Assembly (NCBI RefSeq): GCF_022045235.1
Contig: NW_027266273.1
Span: forward strand, 22,134,001 to 22,198,000
Direction: 5' to 3'
Origin: Haliotis cracherodii
Taxonomy: Eukaryota
DNA: 64,000 nucleotides
The translations under genes were made by a program, and so were the position numbers. Below are positions 1 through 11,048 of this stretch, one piece after another. Position 1 is the stretch's first letter, and each line of letters opens with the position of its first letter. A model generated the notes under the pieces. It was not told where the DNA came from and ran no database searches. It was given only the letters and a program-made list of their open reading frames with translations.

Positions 1-72
1 CTGGACACAGATTCACAGTAATTCCTTGTAGCTCGTTGGTTATAACCAGACGATCCAGTGACTGCTATTATG

Positions 73-301
73 TGTTTGTTTGTATGTTGTTTAACGCCGC
101 ACTCAGCAATATTCCAGCTAAATGCCGGATGTCTGTCGACAATAAAGCCTGGAACAGACAATCCAGTTGATGACATGCATCAACAAAGTCAGTGAGCCTG
201 ACCACCCGATTCCGTTAGTCGCTTCTTACAACAAGCAGAGTCGCCTCTTCTGGCACGCATCGGCAGCCGAACACCTATTCTCTACCCGGAGCTTCACGGG
301 T
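73..301 (-). mobile_element. Family A copy (diverged)
   Basis: Reverse-complement similarity to 36317-36595. Confidence 0.85.
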
Positions 302-737
302 TTGCTATTTTGAGAAACGATCCACGCAACCAGGATACATTGTGACGCCATCAACTAGTCACGAGCTTAAGCACAATCATGATATATGTGTCATAACCAA
401 CATAATACTAGGAACTCTTGTCACTAGAAGGAAACGTGAGTGTGACAATGCTTTCAACTTCCATCACAGAGAGGCAAAGAGTACGATGTGCCCCACCTTT
501 CAACAGCTTGGGTCAATAATATTTATAGGCCTATCTATCTTTATCTCAAGTGTTATTTTGCGTAACTGAAACACTGCTTTGCGAAAGCGCATTTATTCCT
601 AAATTCCCAGGTGTACATAGGTATGTATTTATATTTACATTGACATACGTATATTATAAGACTGTACTATTTATTGCAAGTTTGATAACCACGTAAACAG
701 GTATGAATTCATGGAAACTGCTCTAAAGATAGTGTTA

Positions 738-3700
738 TCATGCATGGGAGTTGCAATCTCGTTCATCGGCAGCCTCTGTCAGCGTGTCCGTCATGGACTG
801 GGACGTCTTTTCGGCCTTACGGCGTTGTTTCTTGTTGGCTCTCCGCTGCCGCTTCATTTTCTGCTCATCTTCAAACTGAGAAAAAGAACACGTCACAAGC
901 TACACAGTGTTTGATCCATTAATGTACTGAAAATATTGACCCTCCCCTAATGCTTGTTATATTTTCGGATAACCCTCCCTATGTCCTTGCACATTTTTTT
1001 CACGACCCTCTCTGAAAAGACAAAATACAAAAGCACTTTTATATAGTATTGTATAATGTACATTTTTTCACGACCCTCCCCAAATATGTGTAGTATTGTT
1101 TATGATCCTACTCTAGTGGGGGTCATATTTTTGGTTACCCTTCCCTGGTTCCCTCTGACCCATCCGCCCCTATATTAAATGCCCGGTCCCTAACTCGAAA
1201 TCTTAAGACAAGCGGGGTTTCCATATTTGGCCTCAAATACCGATCTCAATCTTATAAAAATCAGATCTTAGTTCTCGCTATCGCTCTGATCTGAGGACAT
1301 CCCATTACGGGTCACGTCAGAACGACCCTTCATCCAACCAATCAGAGCGTCGCTTACCACATCATGAAAGTGACAGACGGAATGTGTTTTCTAATCATGC
1401 AACCTCGAAATATTCAACATAGGGTATTCCGAACGACAGTTACGGGTTTTATGATTATATCCATACAATCTAGGCCATCTGTAAGCCATTCCAAAATGTT
1501 CTTTTTATCAGTTTTAAATTTTTTAACCGACAATACGTCAAAATATGTTTCGAAGCGTAGTCGCCAGTTTGAAACTAGTGTCGTAAAGCTCGAGAAAGCT
1601 GCCTTCTGATTGGCTAATGTCGATTTCTTGTCAGTCATTTCATTGATCAGTCAAAGTTTGCGAGAGGTCGTTCTGACGTGACCCGTAATGGGATGTCCTC
1701 AGATCTTTGTTTAGCGGTAAGATCTGATTTTAATGAGATTGATACTTATATGTGACTGTACTTTAAAGGGGAAGTGTACACGCAAAAATCACTTTCTTTC
1801 TTTTTCTAAACAAAACGCAATTTTAGAATTAGTAAGTATCTGTGTTTGAAAATATACACTCATTTTTTTCACAGTGAAAGTAGGAAGCTCACAATAGTGT
1901 GAAAGTGATATGCCGTTATGAGGCCTTCGTTTTACGAGCGAAATAGGCCTGAGTTATCCCCCTTAGATTATGACGTAATTGGTGCCAATTCAACTGGGTC
2001 CCTGTCTATTCTCAACGCAAAAGATATCAAGGACCAGTTTGCGGTAAAACAACATGGTCTACGACACACTCGGGCGCAGGGTGATTCAGCATAACACAAT
2101 TCTGGCTGGCATCTGAGATGCTAGAATCACAAAACTGTACCTACACCACGTGAAGCGGCTCTAACAAAGCATGATGACGTCATAATGTTTATCAATTGGC
2201 ACCAATGACGTCATATTGCAAGGGGCATAAGCCATGGTGTTTTTGTTATGGAAATAGAACACTTGGTAAATGTGAAAAATATAAATCGTTTTAGTGCAAA
2301 AAATATGTTAATTAAATATGATGTTTTTATATTTTTGTCTATGACACTTCTATGTTAACACTTTTAATGTGGAAAAAGTACAAGAAAAAATTGTTCATTT
2401 CCGTGTGAACTTGCCCTTTAACGGTACAATGTCTTACGTTATATATTATTTAATATCGAGTTAACGAGGTCTGCTTGTATATTTATAACAATACAAGTCA
2501 AGAACATACCCTTTTCTCCAGCAGGTCGTATTTTAACCGCAACTCGAAGATCTCTTCTTCCTTGAGCTCGATGATATTCTCAAGTTGCTTGGATTTCTCT
2601 GGAAGCAATAATTCAGCTGGTTAATACAGAAGATACACCGTATGAACACTTCTCGTTAAAACATAATGAGACCCACTGTCTTCATGTCTGTTCTAAGAAT
2701 GTCCAAACCATTCCCACACTATCAACCCTGAAGGTCTGGTGGACCTGTATTTCTGCACGAAAACATTTAAATTAAAGTATTTCACGAACGATCCGTCAAT
2801 TCGTACCGTGCCAGAAGTAGCAATCCTTCAAAGCGTTGACCTTTAGCTTGTCGTAGCGTCGGAACTCGTAGTCGAAATATTGGTGCATGTTGCGTGCCCG
2901 GGACTCCACTTCCGCCATCACTGTCGACCTGGTCACATGATCAGATCAGAAAAAAAGAAGTTTCAAAATCGCCATGCAGTGAAAACTTGTGGGATTTGTC
3001 AAGAATTTACTTTACCGGTGCATGCTAGATTTTATGCGTTGCAGGTCTACTCATGTATTATTTTAACCCTCAGGAAAAGAATTTATAAAGAGTTCTTCAT
3101 GGGGATCTGAGCTGGTTTTATCCCTGCACATAATGTTGGATGCCCTCTCGGATATCCTTCTTATCGGAACATAAGAGGCTAAAAAAAAGTACTCACGGAA
3201 ATGAAAAAAACCTGTTTTTTCGACCTCAGATCTTAAATAAATCTAAATTAGTACTAATTGGGCCGTGGTACAAATACAGCGTATCAAATGTTTTTATGCC
3301 TTTTTACACGTAAAAGTGTGTAAAACTGAATAAAACAGACTATTGTGAAACAGGGCATAACCAGGTGTAAGTAGATCAAGGTGACCTATGACACCTTGAA
3401 GACAGGTGAGAACAGGTGCATAATGCCTATAGTCTGTTTCTGCTATGTCAATTTGGACTTAGTTTTATTTTTGAATGTTGAAAGTGCCGACAAATTACCT
3501 CCTGTAAAGTACATTTTGTATTGTTCACTGAGATCAAACTAGCAAATCCAGACTTGTACTTTTCGAGTTGTTTTGTTATTTCGTATTTAAAGTTACGTAA
3601 TACTTTGTGTCGATTTTTAAATTGAGAAAAACATATTTTTTTCATTTCCGTGAGTTTTTAGTGATGTGCTTTTGATAGAATGCCAATGGGATTTTCATTC

Positions 3701-5362
3701 GGGGTTAAATTTGCCCTGCCGAGAATATTTCCATCTTAGAATTGCATCTTAATAAAAAATGTGATTAAAATAATAATTGTCACTTTTTAGGTGAGGTGAA
3801 ATGGGGCTTAACGGCGTGTCCAAGATCATTGCACTTACATAGCGACGTGCATATAGATGCCATGCCGCAGCTTAACATGAATACCCCACTCAAACACAGT
3901 ATACTCCGACTCGGGCCGACCAGTCTTTGTTGTAGCCCCTGAATGCTGAGCGTCACACAGGGTTACAGCAAGTACCATCTTTTAACGTCTTTTTGGTATG
4001 AGGCGGCCAGGTATCGAACCCCAGAAGGCCCGCTCTCCGGGCGCACGCTCTGCCACTAGACCATGGAGGCGGTCCTGTCACATTTTAGCTCAAAGGGGCA
4101 TGGGTATTGACGATTGTCGTCTCAATTGGTATTATTCTACTTGGTAAAAGTTCGCAGCTATACATGATCATCTGTACCTGTACATATCCTGTGACATACA
4201 GATTAAGACTTGTCCATTAGAAGCACATCCTTTAACTGTTCCGGCTGGAAGTTGAAGTCCATGTGGGCCGATTTCCTCTCCGGAAGGCTTACTCTCCTTC
4301 TTCCCATCCGACCTTCTCTTATTCTTCTTCTTCTTCCTCCCCTGCTTGTCCGATGCCGATTTCGTCAGCGGTTTGTCTTTGTATTTTGGTTCTTCTCTGA
4401 TGCCATCATATGGATCACCTGAGTTAGGAGAAAACAGATCTTAAACATTTAATGCGGTTATGTTAATCTCTGGTCTCGGTCACAGAATGTATTTTTTCAA
4501 TAGTCTGATCTGGAGGAGCGAAAAACGCCTTCGCATATAATCTCTTTTCATGGCAAGAAGGCAGTATACCGTACACCTTCTGTCGCCATGTTGGTAAGGG
4601 ATGTGCCCGAGTTTATTCCATAGTAACTGTTTCTAAGTTTTTCAGAAGCCATTTTTGTCGCCACGCTAAAATAACGGGGTGTGGGGTCTTGTCACTGATG
4701 CGGTTGTCGAACGCCACTTTGGAACTTCTATTTCCGACTACTTTTTCGATGTTAATGTCCAGTTTTTGACGTTTATGCATCGCTTTGGTATTCACATTCA
4801 TGATTTATCATATTATACCATACAAATGCAAGCGGGGTTTTGTTGTTGCTTATTTTGAGCTTTATCGACCTATTTTTCAAATAGTGATGCCGTCGCGTGC
4901 GGCTTTATTAGCAGCATCAAATAATCATGGTGGATAGGTGTCCTGTATAATGCATGTGCACCCTTTTCATAAGAGGTGCCAGTATCCAAAAATAGTAGAG
5001 ACTAACGTTTACTCACTGATTCCAAAAGTGTCACCCTCCTCGTTCATGGTTGCGGAAAGGATAATCCGATTGACATACATATCGAGGGCATGTTCGTCAA
5101 CTGGGGGTTTCACTTCGTCTTCATCTAGTGATCCATCATCATCCTCGCTGTGGTAGGTGACGGTGGTAAAATTCCACGACGGAGCCGCGAGAGGAAGTTT
5201 CCTTCGAGAGAATAGGGTGGCGTTGCCAGTGGAAAACACGAATGCGTCTGGTTTATCTGGAGCTGGGTTTTCGTGCGTGTATTCCGTAGACGAGTACCAG
5301 TCATACCTGCGCGGAGAGGTGTTTCTGCGTCTCACAGCGGTGTTTATAATAAAAGCCGCCAT
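738..5362 (-). CDS. Uncharacterised ~311-aa protein, 5 exons; acidic patch, NLS-like basic tracts, C-terminal coiled coil
   Basis: Exons 5362-5017, 4418-4178, 2928-2807, 2598-2510, 875-738. All introns GT-AG, phases 1,2,1,0 join into one stop-free frame of 936 nt (MAAFIINT...GRKKKKNKRR...KQLENIIELKEEEIFELRLKYDLLEKRFEDEQK...CNSHA*). No family recognised. Confidence 0.8.
1247..1741. mobile_element. MITE with long TIRs (copy 1)
   Basis: gatctgaggacatcccattacgggtcacgtcagaacgacc and its inverse at ~1664-1705; caatct...agattg ends. Confidence 0.85.
1767..2417. mobile_element. TTAA-flanked non-autonomous DNA transposon (Kolobok/piggyBac-like)
   Basis: TTAA|aggggaagtgtacacgcaaa ... tttccgtgtgaacttgccct|TTAA; internal inverted tgacgt..ttggtgccaatt motifs. 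Confidence 0.75.
3191..3655. mobile_element. MITE with 20-bp perfect TIR
   Basis: actcacggaaatgaaaaaaa ... tttttttcatttccgtgagt. Confidence 0.75.
3787..4074 (-). mobile_element. SINE family C (internal deletion)
   Basis: Similarity to 8823-9179. Confidence 0.85.
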
Positions 5363-5534
5363 TTGTCAATCAAAATATATCTTTGGTAAGCATCTCTATG
5401 GACAATGATAAAAAATCTTTCGGTTGAAACAATAACGTGACTTGCTTTGACACGTGACGTCATGTTGCTTCGAAACGGCCATTATGACGTCATGCCATTG
5501 TGGCGTCACGTTTCGAGTCTTTGCGTCATTTGTC

Positions 5535-6030
5535 ATTCGTCATCAGTCGCCCCTTTCCGTAACCTGCAAGGAGAATCGCTATTCGACTTGTCCCGCATTC
5601 GTGACCAACTGTGACCGGGGTAGAATTGGTCTTCAGCAACCCATACTTGCCGTAAAAGGCGACTATGCTTGTCGTAAAAGGCGACTAACGGGATCGGGTG
5701 GTCAGGCTCTTGACTCATGATGTCAAACACCGGATTGTCTGGTCCCGACTCGATTATTTTACAGACCGCCGTCATATAGCCGCAATATTGCTGAGTGCGG
5801 CGTTAAACAACAAACAAACAAACAAACAAACAAAACGTGACCAACTCGTGTTATTGCGGTTACGGAAAGGGGCGAGTGGTGACGAATGCTTGTCCCGAAA
5901 TAACACGAGTTGCTCACGATTGGACTTGTTCACGTATGCAGGTCACGGCGAGGGGCGAGTGGTTACGAATGGAATGGTATGTTCAGTCCTTTCCGCTAAC
6001 CTCGACCCTTTCCGTAACCGCAACGAAATA
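5535..6030. mobile_element. Inverted-repeat element hosting a family A insertion
   Basis: attcgtcatcagtcgcccctttccgtaacc versus ggttacggaaaggggcgagtggtgacgaat; related uninterrupted fragment at ~31603-31686. Confidence 0.65.
5611..5835 (+). mobile_element. Family A copy with 11-bp TSD, nested in an inverted-repeat element
   Basis: TSD cgtgaccaact at 5600-5610 and 5836-5846. Confidence 0.9.
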
Positions 6031-7174
6031 GACGATCGTGTTCATATGAACATTTACGCTGTTGAATTACAATCCGCGACGTCACAAGCATATAGTAGAA
6101 GTTTTTTTTACCCGAGTAAATTTAAATACATAAATTGCAAGTGATTTCATGACATTTGTTCTGGCTAACCACTAGTTACGAGGCAAACTAGTTTGGCGTT
6201 TCTTTCAATTTTGCTTGGGGTGCATTATAAGAATCATTTAGGAAAAAAACATAGCGTATCTTCAATGTAGAGCTAGATTACCTGCAGATTTAACCGCACT
6301 GAACTGAATTTGGAACCGAACGCGGCATCGTAAACCCTTCCCCAAAGTGTGCACATTGTCTTTTTCGTTGATTCCTCCATAATCGCATATTTTTAATATT
6401 GAACTTTAATTCTTAAATATATTTGGTCTCCTGGCCATGCATTTCTTGAAAAGGCAACCTTTCCTTTGATGCGTTGTTTGTACTCACTGACATAGACATA
6501 CTGTATCAAAGTAAAATAAATAGATTGTGACTTTTGATTCACGGTGGAATTTGAATTATTTATCCGTTGTATGCGATTTGTGGTATCAACATACATATCA
6601 CGCCAACTCGATGTTTTCGCGCGTTTCTGTTTTTTTTTTAAAATTCAACGAAGTCTCGTAAAATGCCCGTTCTCTATCATCTGATGTCAGACCAAAAATA
6701 TCCATCCTTCCATGACCTGCTTCCATTCATTTCATGTAAGACGCCATGATCATCTATACTGATCGGTGACAATAGCAAGTTCTTGTATACAATTTGCCAG
6801 GGTCAAAGATCCAGTGTCGCAGAAGGAGGATGTGGCAATAACATACCCTGGGATTGCTACTGTTTACATACTTGTCAGGCTTGTCAAACTGAAATATAAC
6901 AAAACTTATATTTCACATCTGTATTTTTATTATTCCGGACAATACTTTCAATTTTTTTTTTATCCTTTTCACATTTATTAAGAAATATACGTATCAGGGA
7001 AACAACTATGATGCAAAGGAATTGTTGTCGTGCAACGGAACCCTACGATCACGTGACAGTTGGGGTCACATGACGTTGACTACAAGCTCTGCTGGGAGTA
7101 TAAGGATGTGTTTGTTTGTTTGTATGTTGTGCCCGTGTTTGATTCCTACATGGGTACAATTTTTGAAACATATT

Positions 7175-7380
7175 TCTTGTGTGTGTGGCTGCTTGTACTA
7201 GTTCGGACTGATGCCGATTTATAGTGCTAGCCAATTGAGATACCATGCCGCAGTTTAACATGAATACCCCACTCAGACACAGTTTACTGACTCCGAGCAA
7301 TCCAGTCCTTGTTTTAGCCTAGTGTCGAGCGCCATTTTTGTATGACCCGGCCGGGCGGACGCTCTACCACTAGACCAAGC
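7175..7380 (-). mobile_element. SINE family C (deleted)
   Basis: Similarity to 8823-9179. Confidence 0.8.
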
Positions 7381-7544
7381 AGGCATTCCATTCTAATAAG
7401 AGCCAATGTGTGATATCGATCCTAACAATGCCTCTATTCCAATAGGAACCTTCATGCTATAACCATACAACTAATAAAATGAAGATCTTGAATTTATCTA
7501 TTGCTGTGATAGTCTCATGAGGTAAGTGTAGCTAGTTACAGTTT

Positions 7545-7745
7545 GCGACTATGCTTGTCGTAAGATGCGACTAACGGGTCGGGTGGTCAGGCTCGCTGAT
7601 TTGGTTGATGCATGTCATCAATCCCAATTACGTTGATCGATGCTCATGACGTCAATCACTGGATTGTCTGTTCCAGACTTAATTATTTACAGACCGCCGT
7701 CATATAGCTGGAATATTGCTGAGTGCGGCGTTAAACAACAAACAT
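7545..7745 (+). mobile_element. Family A copy, 5'-truncated
   Basis: Similarity to the reference copy. Confidence 0.85.
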
Positions 7746-8417
7746 TTAACGTCGACTCGGCATTATTTCAACCATACAGCGACGGTGGTTAGGTAAATCT
7801 AGAAACAGAGTTCATAATCCACGTAAATCTACGCAAGTTTCACGGAGCTTATGTCATGGCACTTTTGTCCGTCGTAAACGTGTATATTTTGTAATCTGAA
7901 ACCGCAAATCCTTTGTGGCGTAACGTGTGTGTTTCATATCTTTGGAAATACCGTGCTTTCTCCTACATTGACACCATCATTAATCTACCCGTGTCCCATT
8001 TCCGACAGATCCTCTCAAGGCCTGGGTTTATAGGTAGAACTTGTGCGTTAACGATCCCACGATTCCAAGCAACCACAATCCCGGGAAGTGTTCAGCTAAT
8101 TCTAAATGCGATATGCATGGAGTAGACTAAGTATGTTGTGAGCACAGCAACGGGTGTCAGATTTACCAAGTGGTTCATGACCTTTGACCTTAACGTACCT
8201 CTCTACCTATTCATCTAGTAATACATATATGCCCTATGAAACCACTGCATGGAGATGTGAAGCTATATATATATGTCACACCCCATGGTCCTCGCCACTC
8301 GAAATAGAATAACAAACACACCAAGTGAAAACAAACCATTCAGTCGATAAGGAATTTTACCTACAGTTATTGCTAGAAATGCAAAGTGCGCTTTACAAGA
8401 ACTGTCCAGTTTGCTAG

Positions 8418-8578
8418 TGCAGCGGCCATAAAATTTCCGAGTCCCGTGATGGGATTTCAACCACGGACCTTCTGATTAGAAGTCGGACGCCTCGTCAACA
8501 TGGCCAAACAGGTTAACTCTGTCAGCAAGCTGACAAGGTAAGGATGTCATCTGTGAGATGACTCCACGCCCTGCTACA
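8418..8578. mobile_element. 161-bp solo-LTR-like element containing a tRNA(Arg-TCT)-like cassette
   Basis: TG...CA ends, imperfect terminal IR tgcagcgg/ctgctaca, flanks ctag/caag; minus strand tggccatgttgacgaggcgtccgacttctaatcagaaggtccgtggttgaaatccc. Confidence 0.6.
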
Positions 8579-8822
8579 CAAGCAATAAACATCATTATTG
8601 ATTTTTGAATACGTGGTTACAATCCGGGTAAGGACCGGCAGTCACGTGACTGTGGGTGGCTATATCTTCATTGTAACATATCATGTATGGAGTAAATAAA
8701 ACAACGGGAATGACATGTAACCTGGAAAATATATATTTTCTGCTGATATCTATACTATTGATACGACCCAGCCCAAGCGAAAGGCTTAACTTGTGAAAGC
8801 TCTTGCATCTGTCAAGGACAGG

Positions 8823-9179
8823 ATGAGGTGAGGTGAAATGGGGTTTAACGTCGCGTCCAAGATCATTGCACTTATATAGCGACGTGCATGTACGTGTGTG
8901 TGTTTGTGTGGCTGCTTGTACTAGTCCGGACTGATGCCGATTTATAGTGCTAGCTCACTGAGATACCATGCCGCAGTTTAACATGAATACCCCACTCATA
9001 CACAGTATACTGACTCCGAGCCGACCAGTGCCTTGTTTTAGCCCCTCAATGCCGAGCGCCAGACATGGCAACAACAAGTACTATCTTTTAACGTCTTTTG
9101 GTATGACGCGGTCGGGGATCGAACCCCGGACCTTCCGCTCTCCGGGCGGACGCTCTACAACTAGACCACGGAGGCGGTC
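8823..9179 (-). mobile_element. tRNA-derived SINE family C (MetaSINE-like core, (CACCT)n tail)
   Basis: A/B boxes (tggtctagttgtag, ggttcgatcccc); core cgtcataccaaaagac...gctagcactataaa resembles the Meta domain as I recall it; 5 copies in the window. Confidence 0.85.
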
Positions 9180-9324
9180 CACGTGGACAGGGGAGAACGT
9201 CACAGCAAGGCGACTCGCCACCAGACACGATGTTGTTACAGCCGATCAAAAGTCGTCTTCGTGCGAATGAACTCTTTGTGCAACAGGGCCGTGGCTGTTC
9301 TACAAATTAATGATATATCGGCAG

Positions 9325-9540
9325 GAAGGAGTATTCCACATATATGACGACGGTCTGAAAGTAATCCAGTCTGGACCAGACAATCCAGTGATTGACGTCA
9401 TGAGACGCGATCTACGCAAATGGGATATGATGACATGCATAAAAAAGTCAGCGAGTCTGACCACCCAACCCCGTTAGTCGTCCCTTGCGACGAGCATGGG
9501 TTACTAAAGACCAATTCTAACCCGGATCTTCACGGGTCAC
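9325..9540 (-). mobile_element. Family A copy (single-hairpin subfamily)
   Basis: Lacks the internal duplication of the tgcttgtcgtaa..ggcgact segment. Confidence 0.85.
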
Positions 9541-11048
9541 TAACAAAGTGGTCTTAGCAGTAACACTGTCGTAAGTATATGCTTTTATCATGGAATTACA
9601 ACAGCCGCGTTAATATAATCGCTTTGTAGTTCTCAAGCAAAGTGGTCTTAGTAGAATTAAGTCTGTCATAAGCTTATTCTATTATGATTGAATTACTACC
9701 GTAAGTAAATCCCCCAACGATCTAGCAACAGAGACCGCTTTGTGAATACGGGCCTCTAAGTGAAAGGGTCACGGTGGGTGCCGAACTGTATAAAACTATT
9801 CACGGCTCCTGAATGACAGAACACATTGTTATCAAATGCCTCTCTCTATCATAACACACACACATACTCCAGCCCGACAAGCGGACTTATAGAAGTCATA
9901 ACCCGGCTTTAGTCGTGACTGCCACACATATTGTACGGAGAGCTTTTCTGTCAACACGCGCTTTGTCACCCCTTAGCAACGCCTGACGCCGGGAGGCCAT
10001 TTTGGATCAGTGCAGTTCAAGTCAAGACGGGGTGAAAGAAAGATTGATCCAACATGATGTTAAAATATGTCATAATACGCCAGTAGGGCTGGAGGTAGAA
10101 CGGCGACGCAACAACAGCATTTAGGATGTGTCGGTGGGGATGTACGACTACGAGCACGGTGAGTTGGGGTATAGAGGATATATCCCTGTGTTATAATCGT
10201 GTTATCGCACTATCACTAGTCACCCGTCACTGACGGGTCACACCCCAGCACTGATTGCCCGGGAGATGAGACACAGCACGCGAGACAACGCCAGATGCCT
10301 GTGTGTTTGTCCAAGACTTGTATTACATGCACGGTTTACAGGAGCAATACCTCTGCTGTTGTTATCTTTCGCGTCTCAATCAGCCGCTGATTGTCGTATA
10401 CGATATTGTATATTTTGACACAAAGTCAGTATGACCTGCCTATGTGTATGACTGCTGTGGGGAGACATTTAAAGAGTGTTGCCCCAACTTCTAAATAAAA
10501 CTGTTCAGCTGACATCGATACCACGGTACACTATTGGTAGTTTCTTCAGACGTAACGGAATTAGAAAATATTAAATTTCAATTATTACTTTAAGCCGTGT
10601 TTATTTAAATTACCCGACTCCCTTATCACAGACATATAGATTGTTTTTGGTATATGTGACCATGAGACCAATAGCACAATGACATTTTGTTGTTGGACAA
10701 TTCGTCGTGGAGCACCACTTGTATATTGTTAATGAATAAATGTACACATTTTAGCTTTATTGATATTCAACGTATCATCCTACTTTCAAATATTCTATGA
10801 ACAAAATCAGCAAGTCTCAGAAGAATGTGGCTATTTATGTTCCTTATTAACTGTACACGTTTTCTTTGTGTTGGATACGTATAATTATAGTTAGGCAGGT
10901 ATTTATATCTTCATATCCTGGACATATTAATATAACATGGTATTCATAGTCTTGGTAATATTTGCAGTAAGGATACATCGGTGTTAAAACATCATTATCT
11001 TTGGAATGTCTGTATAACTGTATATATAGATTCCCTTATAACTTGCCC

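Noticed and set aside
5505-5552. Hammerhead-like CTGATGA...GAAAC on the minus strand
   Set aside because: Stem II cannot pair; the motif overlaps an inverted-repeat end
8968-9270. Recurrent short ORFs (MPQFNMNTPL..., [13 protein letters not shown]...)
   Set aside because: Translations of SINE families C and A
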